Part shown: piece after piece, positions 31,599 through 40,878 of the stretch
Numbering within the stretch: the stretch's first letter is position 1
Layout of the letters: every line of letters begins with the position of its first letter
DNA from: an uncultured Acidobacteriota bacterium
Lineage (GTDB): Bacteria; Acidobacteriota; Thermoanaerobaculia; UBA5066; Gp7-AA6
Length of the DNA stretch: 64,000 bases
NCBI GenBank assembly: GCA_963797495.1
Contig: CAWCPN010000002.1
Coordinates: forward strand, 1,620,096 to 1,684,095
Direction of reading: 5' to 3'
The notes under the pieces: generated by a model
Told to the model about the DNA's origin: nothing
What the model saw: the letters and a program-made list of their open reading frames with translations, nothing else
The model's database searches: none
Position numbers and translations under genes: made by a program

Positions 31599-31653
31599 GT
31601 AGGAATCCTATCAGCGCAGACTCGGCCGGAACACGTTGCCAGCGCGCCTCCGT

Positions 31654-32592
31654 TCAGCGGCTGCCGGCCGTCCTCTTCGTCAGGATCCGGTAGCTCCCGA
31701 GCATCCGCTCGATCTTCCGGCGCGTGTCGTCGCGCACCGGCACGAGCGGGAGTCGGAGGGTCTCGCCGCACTTCTTCATGAGCGACAGAGCGCACTTGAC
31801 CGGCCCGGGATTCGACTCCCAGAAGTTCATCTCCATGAGCGGCTCGAACTTGCGCTGGAGCTCGAGGGCCCGCTCGCGATTGTTCTCGAGTGCGGCCCGC
31901 ACGAGCTCGCCCATCTCCTTCGGGATCTCGTTCGACACGACCGATATGACGCCTCGCGCGCCGAGAGCGATCAACGCGAGCGCGGTCGCGTCGTTGCCGG
32001 AGAACACGGCAAAGTCCGGCGGCAGCGTCGCCATCAGCTTGGCGAGCTTTCCGAAGTCCGACGATGCCTCCTGGAGACCGGCGACGTTGGGGATCTCGGC
32101 AAGGCGCTGGATCGTCTCGACGTCGAGGTCGAGGCCGCTGCGCGCCGGCGTGTTGTAGACGATCATCGGCAGGTCGGTCGCCTCGGCGATCGCCGAGAAG
32201 TGGCGCAGGAGCCCGTCGGCGCTGGGCTGGTTGTACATCGGCGTCACCGAGACGATCCCGTTCGCCTTGGCCGCGGCCGCGTCCTTGGCCCAGAAGACCG
32301 CCCGAGCCGTGTGATTCCCGCCGGCGCCGGCGATGACGGGGACCCGGCCGTTGGCGGCCCGCACGACGGCGGTCGTGACGGCCCTGCGTTCGTCCCGCGA
32401 GAGCGTGGGCGACTCCCCGGTCGTCCCGCATGGCACGAGGAAGTCGATGCCCTGGCCGATCTGCCAGTCGACGAGTTCCTGGAGCGCGCCGAACGCGATC
32501 CGACCCCGGTCGTCGAAAGGCGTCACGAGGGCCGTGCCGCAGCCTTTCCAGTCCACGCGCTTCGCGCTCGTCTTCACGAAACCCTCCTTCAT
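31654..32592 (-). CDS. dapA: 4-hydroxy-tetrahydrodipicolinate synthase
   Basis: GALVTPF, CGTTGES, YN.P motif and the conserved Lys region. Confidence 0.8.
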   Translation of the reverse strand: MKEGFVKTSAKRVDWKGCGTALVTPFDDRGRIAFGALQELVDWQIGQGIDFLVPCGTTGESPTLSRDERRAVTTAVVRAANGRVPVIAGAGGNHTARAVFWAKDAAAAKANGIVSVTPMYNQPSADGLLRHFSAIAEATDLPMIVYNTPARSGLDLDVETIQRLAEIPNVAGLQEASSDFGKLAKLMATLPPDFAVFSGNDATALALIALGARGVISVVSNEIPKEMGELVRAALENNRERALELQRKFEPLMEMNFWESNPGPVKCALSLMKKCGETLRLPLVPVRDDTRRKIERMLGSYRILTKRTAGSR

Positions 32593-32654
32593 GCGGCGGA
32601 TCCGGGGGAGCCAACCGTATAATCGTTTCGCATCCGGGATCGAGAAAAAAGACC

Positions 32655-33059
32655 TTGAGCACCGCCGCCGGACCCCGTTGCCCGCGCTGCCACCGGCCTC
32701 TGGCCGCCTGGCGGCTCGATCACTGCATCTACTGCGGTGAGGCCTTCCCTCCCGAATTCAAGCAGGGCCACACGGAGCCCGAGACCCTCAAGTGGGTCGA
32801 TCGGCCGGAGCTGCCGGCCGACGTGACGAAGAAGCTCCAGCTGATGAAAGTGGCTCCGCCGCGAAGGTCCGGCGGCATGCGCAACTTCGTGGCGATCGCC
32901 GCGGCGGTGTCGATCCCGATCTTCGCCGTGCTCTTCTTCATGACGTATCGCGTCGTCCAGAGGTTCTCCCCGGTCGCCGGGCTCGCGGTCATCGTCGCGG
33001 GCCTCGGCTCCATCGCCTACCTCGTCTGGGTCTTCTTCAGGGCCCGCGGCGCGATCTAG
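32655..33059 (+). CDS. Hypothetical membrane protein with N-terminal zinc ribbon and two C-terminal TM helices; start (TTG) uncertain
   Basis: CPRCHRPL...CIYCGE, then FVAIAAAVSIPIFAVLFF and VAGLAVIVAGLGSIAYLVWVFF. No ATG in frame, so TTG at 32655 is assumed. Confidence 0.3.
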   Translation: MSTAAGPRCPRCHRPLAAWRLDHCIYCGEAFPPEFKQGHTEPETLKWVDRPELPADVTKKLQLMKVAPPRRSGGMRNFVAIAAAVSIPIFAVLFFMTYRVVQRFSPVAGLAVIVAGLGSIAYLVWVFFRARGAI

Positions 33060-33124
33060 GGGGCCAGGTCTGAAATCTTCGGACTTCCGGGGGCCAAAAT
33101 CCGAAGAATCCAGACCTGACCCCA

Positions 33125-34040
33125 TCAGTCGAAGAGGCTCCTGGGAGGCCCCTCCTCCCGGACCGGGATTCCCAGCATCTTCGCCAGCGCGCGGATCGTC
33201 AGCGGCGCGCAGCCCTCGGCGCGATTGTTCACGAGGACGAAGGCGTCCGCGCCGGCCTCGGTGATTTGCCGGACCAGGCGCACGAGGTCGCGCCGCATGT
33301 CTTCGCGCGGCGCCTGGATGCGGTCGTACGGCCGGAAGCGCTCGACGGCCTGCTCGTAGGGCACGCCCGGCGGGACGAGGACCCGTGCCACGGCGAAACC
33401 GGCCGGCAGAGGCTGTGCCGCCTCCCACTGCTCGTTGAGCGCCGGCGTGCGCGTCCACCAGTTGAAGACGTGCGCCGCCCCACGGCGGCGAAGCACGTCG
33501 AAGTAGTCCGGCGCGAAGTATTGGGGCGTCCGGATCTCGACCGCCCAGCGCAATCCCTCGGGGGATTCGGCGAGGAATCCCTCGAGCTTCTCCAGAAACG
33601 CGCGCCGCCGCTCGGGTGAGGGCTGCCATTCCGTCGGAAACTCCAGGAGAAACGGCCCGGTGTGGCTCGCCGAAGGCCTCGCGATAGGGCGGCAGGACCT
33701 CGTCGCGAAAGACCCGCGCGTCGAGCCAGCGCGGGTTTTCCTGGCCGCCGCGCCCGGCGTGCCGCGGCAGATCCGGGAAGCGCGGCATCGTCAGCTCCTC
33801 CCAGACCTTCGAGAGAACCGGGAATCCCGGCGGCAGCGCCGCCGCGTACCGGGCGAGCTGCCGCGCCGTCGGCGGACGGTAGAAGGTGAAGTCGAACTCG
33901 ACGGTGCGGAACGGCTCGTACCGCGCGTACTCCCGCAGGCAGTCGACCTTGAAGGTCGCCTGGCGGTAGCGATCGTGGTAGACGATGCCCTTCCAGCCCT
34001 CGTAGGCGAAGCTCGCGGTGCCGAAGAGGATCTCCGCCAC
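33125..34040 (-). CDS. DUF72 (UPF0759) family protein, one frameshift near 33560-33650
   Basis: MAEILFGTASFAYEGWKGIVY...FRTVEFDFTFYRPP in the N-terminal frame; WAVEIRTPQYFAPDYFDVL...AFVLVNNRAEGCAP in the C-terminal frame. Confidence 0.6.
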
Positions 34041-34072
34041 GGGTCGAAGTATCTCCCACGTAGAATCCCCGG

Positions 34073-34546
34073 ATGATCCCGCTGCGCGGCCCGGCCGAGA
34101 TCGTTGCGCGCCTGGAGGTCCCGGCGGCCTCGCGCCTTCTGGCCGTCGACGCCCCCCCCGAGTTCGAGCGCCTGCTGTCGGCGGCCGGCTCGCCGACGCA
34201 GACGCTGCGCCTCGCGCAGGCGCGCGCCATCCGGTCGGTCAAGGAGACGTTCGACTGGATCCTGCTCTGGCAGGAGAGCCGCGTCGGCTCACGCTCCCTG
34301 TTCGAAGCCGCCGTGAAGCGCCTGGAACCGGCCGGCCGCCTCTGGGTCGTGACGGCGATGAAGAAGGTGCAGGGCCCGAAGACCCCGGCCGCCCAGCGCC
34401 TCGAGGCCGGCGACCTCACGAAGGGGTTCGCGAAGGCGGGGCTCGCCTGCGACCGGGAAGCCCGCCTGTCGGCCTGGCACGTCGCCTACGGCTTCTCCGC
34501 CGGCGGGGCCGAAGCTACTCGACGTACGGAAAGAACCGGCCCGTGA
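34073..34546 (+). CDS. Hypothetical protein
   Basis: 157-aa ORF with no recognisable signature. Codon usage is consistent with the neighbours. Confidence 0.3.
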   Translation: MIPLRGPAEIVARLEVPAASRLLAVDAPPEFERLLSAAGSPTQTLRLAQARAIRSVKETFDWILLWQESRVGSRSLFEAAVKRLEPAGRLWVVTAMKKVQGPKTPAAQRLEAGDLTKGFAKAGLACDREARLSAWHVAYGFSAGGAEATRRTERTGP

Positions 34547-34835
34547 CGCGGAAGAACCGGCCGCTCGGAGGCTCGACCGTCAGCTGACAGCGCGACACCT
34601 CGAGCGTCGTCGAAAACGAGACGCCCGGGGCGGTCAGGCTGACCGGATACTTCGTCCCGACCTTCAGCGGAGTGTCGAAGTCGAACCGGACGCCGGTCGG
34701 GGACACGTCGAGCACCTGACGCGCCTTCTCCCACCGGATCTTCAGCTCGTACTGCTCCGGCTTCAGTTTCTTGCCCGGCCGCGGGTCGCCGAGGGACCCT
34801 TTGGCCGGCGGATCGGTTTTCCTCTCTGCCATCAC
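34515..34835 (-). CDS. Small hypothetical protein, possibly PilZ-like
   Basis: 106 aa with a basic N-terminus and beta-rich body. Similarity is only to the general PilZ pattern; weak. Confidence 0.25.
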   Translation of the reverse strand: MMAERKTDPPAKGSLGDPRPGKKLKPEQYELKIRWEKARQVLDVSPTGVRFDFDTPLKVGTKYPVSLTAPGVSFSTTLEVSRCQLTVEPPSGRFFRVTGRFFPYVE

Positions 34836-34949
34836 GCTCCGCGGAAGTTAGCCTACTCCGTTTTTTGACCGCCTCAAACGCGTCCGCCGTCCGGACGCGC
34901 ACGGCGGCCCTGTTGGGGGCGGGAAGTGTACACCAGCCTCCGGCCCGCC

Positions 34950-35927
34950 CTAGGCCAGAACGTCCCGCCGCATGAAGACCAGAAAAGCCGCCCCGACGGC
35001 GGCGAGCGCCCACACCCCGAGAACGGTGGCGGCGAGGGCGACGCTCAGCCCCGGGATCGGGGGGGGCGACCCCGAGTAGTAGTCCGGCAGCGGCAGATTG
35101 GTCACGAAGAGGAACTTCTGCGCCTCCCAGGAGGACGCCAGGCGGGGCAGGATGGTGCCGGCGATCAACGCCGCCAGCATCGTCCCCATCGAGGCCGCGG
35201 TCGAGCGCAGGAGCACGGAGGTCAGGAGGGCGATCGCGCCGACGCACAGCGCCGCGAACCACGCCAGGCCGTAGACGAGAACCGTCTCCTTCCAGAGCGC
35301 GATCGAACGAACCGTCGCGGCGTCGAAGGTCTCGCCGCCCACGCGGAAGCCCGTGAGAACCGGCGCCCCCCATCCGGCGTAGCCGTACGCCAGGCCGCCG
35401 AATGCATACGCCACGATCCCGCCGAACACGACCGTGAGCGTGATCGCGAGAAGCAGGGCCGCGAGCTTCGAGGCCAGCACGCGCGCCCTCCCGACCGGCC
35501 GCGTCAGCAGGAGCTTGATCGTCCCCTGCTGGAACTCCGCCGACACGATGTCGGAAGCGAACACGATCGCGAGCAGGGGCAGCAGCAGATAGCTCGAGGC
35601 GTTGGCGAAGGCGCGCACGAAGAGCGGGCCCGAGATGGCATCCGGATCGACGTCGCGGTCGACGTGGTACTGGAGGCGGCCCAGCTCGAATCGCGCCCAG
35701 CGCTGCCACGTCGGCGGCGTGCGCGCATCCCGCAGCCGTCCCTGCAGCCACGACATGCGCTCCTGTGCCTCGACCCGCCAGTCCTTCTCGTGGAATCGCT
35801 CGCGGGCGCGCGACTGCGCGAATGTGATCAGGCCGATCAGCGCGACGAGGATCAACACCACCACGCGAAAGCGGCGCTGGCGGGCGATCTTGAGAAGCTC
35901 GTTCTCGACCAGTCCTGGAAATCTCAT
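34950..35927 (-). CDS. ABC-2 type transporter permease
   Basis: 6 TM segments. The stop of the ATPase gene overlaps its start. Confidence 0.6.
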   Translation of the reverse strand: MRFPGLVENELLKIARQRRFRVVVLILVALIGLITFAQSRARERFHEKDWRVEAQERMSWLQGRLRDARTPPTWQRWARFELGRLQYHVDRDVDPDAISGPLFVRAFANASSYLLLPLLAIVFASDIVSAEFQQGTIKLLLTRPVGRARVLASKLAALLLAITLTVVFGGIVAYAFGGLAYGYAGWGAPVLTGFRVGGETFDAATVRSIALWKETVLVYGLAWFAALCVGAIALLTSVLLRSTAASMGTMLAALIAGTILPRLASSWEAQKFLFVTNLPLPDYYSGSPPPIPGLSVALAATVLGVWALAAVGAAFLVFMRRDVLA

Positions 35928-36859
35928 ACCGTCTCGCCCCCGGTGATCTCGAGGAAGACTTCCTCGAGCGTCGACGCCGGCCTCTCCACCGTGAATACGT
36001 CGATCCCATCCGCGAGCAGCGCGCGCAGCGCGGCCGGCACGCGCTCGGCCTCCAGGCGCGCCGAGACGATCCCTTCTTCCGCCCCCGGCGGGACCTCGAC
36101 GTCCGTGGCGCCGAAGGCCGCGAGGCCGGCCGCCGCCGCGGGAAGCGGCCGGGCCCGAATGCGGACCCGGTCCGAGGCGGCGCGCTCGGCCAGGTCCCGG
36201 ACGGAACCCGACGCGAGGGTCCGGCCGCGATGAACGATCGCCACCCGGTCGCAGGTCTGCTCGATCTCCGAGAGCAGGTGACTCGAGACGAAGACGGCGA
36301 TCCCGCGCTCGGAAGCGAGGTGGCGCACGAGCTGGCGAATCTCGCGAATTCCCGCCGGATCGAGTCCGTTGGCGGGCTCGTCCAGGATGAGCACGTCGGG
36401 GTTGCCGAGCAGCGCCTGCGCGATGCCGAGCCGCTGCCGCATGCCGAGCGAGTACGTCGAGACCCGGTCGTCCAGACGCTCCGACAGGGAAACCATCCGG
36501 GCGAGCGCGTCGATCCGGCCGGCCGCGCCTCGCGGGAGCATGCGGGCGAAGTGCAGGAGGTTCTCCCGCCCGGTCAGGTAACGGTAGAGGTCCGGCGCCT
36601 CGATGATGGCGCCCACGTGCTCCATCGCGCGAGTGAAATCCCGCGCCACGTCGAGGCCGCGGATCCGGACCCGCCCGCGGTCGGGCCGCGCCAGCCCAAC
36701 GAGCATCCGGATCGTCGTGGTCTTGCCCGCCCCGTTGGGGCCCAGGAAGCCGAAGACCTCGCCGGCGCGGACCTCGAAGGACACGTCGGAGACGGCTTCC
36801 CGCCGTCCGAATCTCTTGGTCAGGTGCTCGGCCGCGAGAACGACCTCCGCCTCAGCCAC
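35924..36859 (-). CDS. ABC transporter ATP-binding protein
   Basis: Walker A GPNGAGKTT, signature YSLGMRQRL, Walker B LILDEP. Confidence 0.8.
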   Translation of the reverse strand: MAEAEVVLAAEHLTKRFGRREAVSDVSFEVRAGEVFGFLGPNGAGKTTTIRMLVGLARPDRGRVRIRGLDVARDFTRAMEHVGAIIEAPDLYRYLTGRENLLHFARMLPRGAAGRIDALARMVSLSERLDDRVSTYSLGMRQRLGIAQALLGNPDVLILDEPANGLDPAGIREIRQLVRHLASERGIAVFVSSHLLSEIEQTCDRVAIVHRGRTLASGSVRDLAERAASDRVRIRARPLPAAAAGLAAFGATDVEVPPGAEEGIVSARLEAERVPAALRALLADGIDVFTVERPASTLEEVFLEITGGETV

Positions 36860-36917
36860 GACGTTCCTGGACCGGGCGCGGCTTGCGCATCGCGGTCAAC
36901 GTATCATCGGCGCTCGC

Positions 36918-37712
36918 ATGGGTCGCCGTTTGTCGCGCTTCGGACTCTGGATCGCGCCGGTCGGCGTCGGGATCGCCGCGGCCGCCGTCCTCGCGGCGGG
37001 CTTCGTTCTCGCGCTGCGCGGCGCGCTCGGTGAGCCGATCGGGCAGGCGCCGCCGCCGCCGGCCCGGCCCGCGGCCCGTCCGGCACGCGCGGGCGAAAGC
37101 CGCATCCTGGTCGTCGGCGACTCGCTGGCGCGCGGGACCGGCGACGAGGAAGGCCGCGGTTTCGCCCTCGACGTCCTCGCCGCGATGAAGAAACGCGGTC
37201 CGGCCGAGCTGACGAACCTCGGCGTCAACGGGATGGAGTCGCCCGAGGTGCGGGCGCTCGTCGAATCGTCGAACGTGCAGTCGCTCGCGGCGGACGCGGA
37301 CCTCATTCTCGTCTCGGCGGGCGGCAACGACCTGTCCCATGCCGCCCGACGCACGACCGGATCTCCCGCCGACCTCGCCGACGCCGTCGTTGCGGCGCGC
37401 GCCGGCTATGTCGAGAACCTGCGCGGAATCCTGAGGGCACTGCGCGAGGCGAACCCCACGGCGCCGATCGCGGTGATCGGGCTCTACGATCCGTTCTCGG
37501 GTGACACGGGACCCGGACGGCTCGGCTCCTCGGTGATCGTTCAGTGGAACGCCCTGGCCGCCGAAACCGCCCTGGGCTTTCCCGGCGTCACCGTCGTCCC
37601 GACCTTCGACATCTTCCAGGGCCGCTCGGACCGGCTCAGCGCCGACCGCTATCATCCGAACCGGAAGGGCTACGCGATGATCGCCGAACGCGTCCTCCAG
37701 GCCGTCGGGTAG
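36918..37712 (+). CDS. SGNH/GDSL hydrolase family protein (secreted or anchored)
   Basis: N-terminal TM or signal sequence, ILVVGDSLARG block I (the GDSL variant), GGNDL block, and C-terminal DRYHPN (DxxH). Confidence 0.6.
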   Translation: MGRRLSRFGLWIAPVGVGIAAAAVLAAGFVLALRGALGEPIGQAPPPPARPAARPARAGESRILVVGDSLARGTGDEEGRGFALDVLAAMKKRGPAELTNLGVNGMESPEVRALVESSNVQSLAADADLILVSAGGNDLSHAARRTTGSPADLADAVVAARAGYVENLRGILRALREANPTAPIAVIGLYDPFSGDTGPGRLGSSVIVQWNALAAETALGFPGVTVVPTFDIFQGRSDRLSADRYHPNRKGYAMIAERVLQAVG

Positions 37713-37721
37713 CGGAGCCCC

Positions 37722-38006
37722 CTACCAGAAGCGCCGGCCGGCCCGCACCCCGCGGCCGATCCCGATCAGCAGAGACGCCGCGGAAGCGATTCGGCCGGCC
37801 CGAGCGGCCAGCGAGTTGCGGCCGAAGAGTTTCCAGGCCGCCGTCGCGGCGGCGGCGAGCCCGGACGCGGCGAGCCCGGCGAATCGCCAGCGCTGGCGAA
37901 ATGCGCCGGCCTCGGCCTTCGCCTCGCGCACGTTCGTCGCCAGGTCCTCGCGTTCCCACGCCGCACGGCGCGAGAGGGCGATCAGCCGCTCTTCCCGATC
38001 GTTCAC
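37722..38006 (-). CDS. Small membrane-anchored protein, YqjK-like
   Basis: GTG start overlaps the stop of the holin-like gene. Charged helical N-terminus, then TM FAGLAASGLAAAATAAW. Confidence 0.3.
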   Translation of the reverse strand: MNDREERLIALSRRAAWEREDLATNVREAKAEAGAFRQRWRFAGLAASGLAAAATAAWKLFGRNSLAARAGRIASAASLLIGIGRGVRAGRRFW

Positions 38007-38521
38007 TCGTCGCCCCCTCGCAGGCGCGCTTCGAGATGCTCGACCTCGACGTCGTCCGGGACGGGACCCGAGGCCCGGGAGTCGGCCTCGCCTTCCGGAT
38101 CGGCGGCGAGAGCGTCCCGAATCGCCTCCCAGTCCCGTTCCAGCTCGCGCGTGGTCGCCGGGAACTCGTCGGGCCGCACGCGAGAGAGCGATTTCCACGC
38201 GAAGCGCCCGGCCGCCCACGCGCCCGCCGCGTAGATCAGCGTCGCGGCGAGGATTCCGAGCGCCACGCTGCCGAAGAGGTTCGCCAGGATCGCCGCGAGC
38301 AACGCCGCCAGCAGGAGCAGAGCGCCCACGCCGAACGCGGCCGCGAGGGCCGTCGCCGCCAGGCCCCGCCCGACGAGAGACGCCTTGACGGAAATTTCCT
38401 CGCGGAAGATCGCCAGACGCGTCGTCAGCAGCGACTGCGCCGAAGCGGCGAGCCCGGCCGCCCGGTCGGCCCAGGTCTGCGCCTCCTCCTCCTCGGGAAG
38501 GTCCGCCCGCTCGGTGCTCAT
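38003..38521 (-). CDS. Phage-holin-like (DUF1469 / YqjE-type) membrane protein
   Basis: Amphipathic N-terminal helix (LLTTRLAIFREEISVKASL), then two TM segments. Same architecture as YqjE. Confidence 0.45.
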   Translation of the reverse strand: MSTERADLPEEEEAQTWADRAAGLAASAQSLLTTRLAIFREEISVKASLVGRGLAATALAAAFGVGALLLLAALLAAILANLFGSVALGILAATLIYAAGAWAAGRFAWKSLSRVRPDEFPATTRELERDWEAIRDALAADPEGEADSRASGPVPDDVEVEHLEARLRGGDE

Positions 38522-38540
38522 GGGATCGTCCAGTGTACCG

Positions 38541-39323
38541 TCAGCCCGGCGGAATGACGATACCGTCGTGCCTCGGGAGGCGCCCGGGCTCGAGGGGGGC
38601 GATGCGGATCCCCTCGCTGCGGAACCGCTCGTGGATCCGTCCCGCGATCACTGCCGCTCCCGGCGTGTCGCCATGGATGCAGATCGTGTCGGCGCGCACC
38701 TCGACCCGGGAGCCGTCGGATGCGATGACGCAGTGGTCGCGCGCGAGCCGCACGGCCTGCTCGGCCGATTCGGCCGGATCGGTGATCAGGGCTCCGGCCT
38801 CTTCGCGCGGCATGATCGACCCGTCCGGCAGATAGCGCCGGTCCGCGAACGCTTCCTCGGCGACGGGAAGCTCGGCCTCGCGCCCGGCCCCGATCAGCAT
38901 CGATCCCGCGGGGCCCACGAGCACGAGACTCGGCCGGAAGCGCTTGACGCCGTCGACGATCGCACGGGCCACGTCGGGAAATTCCGCACCCGCGTGATAG
39001 AGCGCGCCGTGCGGCTTGACGTGGGTCAGCGTGCCTCCGCGCCACCGCACGAAGCCGTCGAGCGCCGCCACCTGGTAGAGCACGAGGGCCGCGACCGACT
39101 CCGCCGGCATCTCGACGGCGACGCGTCCGAAGTGCTCGCGGTCGGCGTAGCCCGGGTGCGCGCCCACGCGCGCGCCGCGCGAGAGCGCGAGGGTCACGGT
39201 CGCGTCCATGACGCTCGGGTCGCCCGCGTGGAGGCCGCAGGCCACGTTGGCGGACGTCACGAACGGCAGAAGCGCCGCATCGTCCATGCCCTCACCCACG
39301 TCGGCGTTCAGGTCGATGCTCAC
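38541..39323 (-). CDS. pxpA: 5-oxoprolinase subunit A (LamB/YcsF family)
   Basis: MSIDLNADVGEG, ANVACGLHAGDP, GAHPGY. Confidence 0.8.
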   Translation of the reverse strand: MSIDLNADVGEGMDDAALLPFVTSANVACGLHAGDPSVMDATVTLALSRGARVGAHPGYADREHFGRVAVEMPAESVAALVLYQVAALDGFVRWRGGTLTHVKPHGALYHAGAEFPDVARAIVDGVKRFRPSLVLVGPAGSMLIGAGREAELPVAEEAFADRRYLPDGSIMPREEAGALITDPAESAEQAVRLARDHCVIASDGSRVEVRADTICIHGDTPGAAVIAGRIHERFRSEGIRIAPLEPGRLPRHDGIVIPPG

Positions 39324-40878
39324 GGGAGGCTAATCGTACTCCCCCCGCGCGCCTCCAGCGCCCCGGCGAGCGAGACCTCCGCGAACCGCAGCCGGCTCCC
39401 CGGCCCCGCCTGGCCGAGGCAGGCGACATCGGCCCCGACGACGGTTGCGATCCGGGGGTACCCCCCGGTGACCGGACCGTCCGGCCCGAGGACGATCGGC
39501 AAGCCGCTTCCGGGGACCTGGATCGAGCCCGGAACGGTGCCCGATGGTGCGATTTCGGCCGGCCCTTCCTGAGCCAGCGGTTCGCCGGAAAGACGCAGCC
39601 CCCGCCGGTCGCATTCGGGGGTCACGTGCCAGGCCGACGCCAGGAACCGCTCGAACTGGCCCGAACGAAAGTGGCTGGCTTCCGGTCCCCGCACGACGCG
39701 GAGAACGAGCTCGTCCTCCGGGAGGAGAGGCGGCAACGTCGGATGGCGTTCCACGGCCGGCGAATCCAGCGCCGCCAGGACCTCGCCGGCGGCCAGGCGC
39801 CGGCCCGTCTCGCCGGCCACGCCGCCGCGCACGGCGAGGTAGACCCGGGCCCCGCGCGTGATTCGCCCGATGCGCACGGCGTCTCCCGCGGCGACTCGGA
39901 ACGCCCGGCCCGCGACGGGTTCGCCGTTGCGATCGACGCGCGCGTCGCCCCCGGTTACCGCCAGGATCGCTTCGCCGAGGAGCTCGAGCTCCGGCCCGTC
40001 GAGCGCGACCTCGAGCGCCGGAGTGGCCGGAGGGTTTCCGACCAGGGCGTTGGCGAGGTCGAGCGAGGCGGGATCGATCGCTCCGCCGGGCGGCACGCCG
40101 GAGGAGCCGAGTCCGTACCTCGGCGCTCCCTGGATCGTCGTGAAGAGACCCGGCGCGACGACCCGTGCGAAAGGCCGGCCCGCAACTCGCGGCTCGGCCG
40201 GTGGCAGAGGCGGTAACGGCGCCACGAGCCGCTCCGCCGCAACGGGCTCGAACGCCACCCGGTCCCCCGGCTCGAGCAGCGCCGGCGGTCGGGCACGCGG
40301 GTCGAAGAAACGCGTGGTCGTCCGGCCGATCAGCCGCCAGCCCCCCGGCGAGGCCGCCGGGTAGACGCCCGTCCAGATCCCCCCGATCGCCACGCTCCCG
40401 GCCGGTACGCGGGGACGTGGCGTCGAAAGTCGCGGCCGCGCCAGCTCCCGCGGCAGTCCCGCGAGGTAGCCGAAGCCCGGCGCGAAGCCCACGAACGCGA
40501 CGCGGTAACTCCCGCCCGCGTGCCGCCGCACCGCTTCGTCCGGCGAGAGACCGGCGGCGCGCGCGATCTCGGCGAGGTCCTCGCCGTCGTATACGACGGG
40601 GATCCGGAGCAGACGCGGCGGGTCGGGCGCCGGCTCCGGCTCGGACGAGGCGCGTTCGACGCGCCGGGCGAGCGCTTCGCGGTCCAACCGCCCTGGATCG
40701 AAGACGACGAGCAGCGTCCGCGCGCCCGGAACCGCGTCGAGGATCGGCGCCGTTCCTTCGCCGCGCAGGCGCCGGCCGAGCCGCACGGCCGCGCGATTCG
40801 CTTCGTCGTCGGTCGCATCGCCGTACTCCACGAGCAGGACGCCGTCGCGCACGTCGCGGAGGATCGGCTTCATGCGCG
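39320..40878 (-). CDS. Fused 5-oxoprolinase subunits B and C (allophanate-hydrolase-like subunits 1 and 2)
   Basis: PxpB part MKPILRDVRDGVLLVEYGD...GGSYRVAFVGFAPGFGYL. PxpC part VVAPGLFTTIQGAPRYGLGSSGVPPGGAIDPASLDLANALVGN...GGYPRIATVV. No stop between them. Confidence 0.75.

Noticed and set aside
33229-36009. ORFs 33229..34419 (-) and 34486..36009 (-)
   Set aside because: Off-frame or antisense overlaps of the DUF72, hypothetical, ABC permease and ATPase genes. Low-complexity translations.
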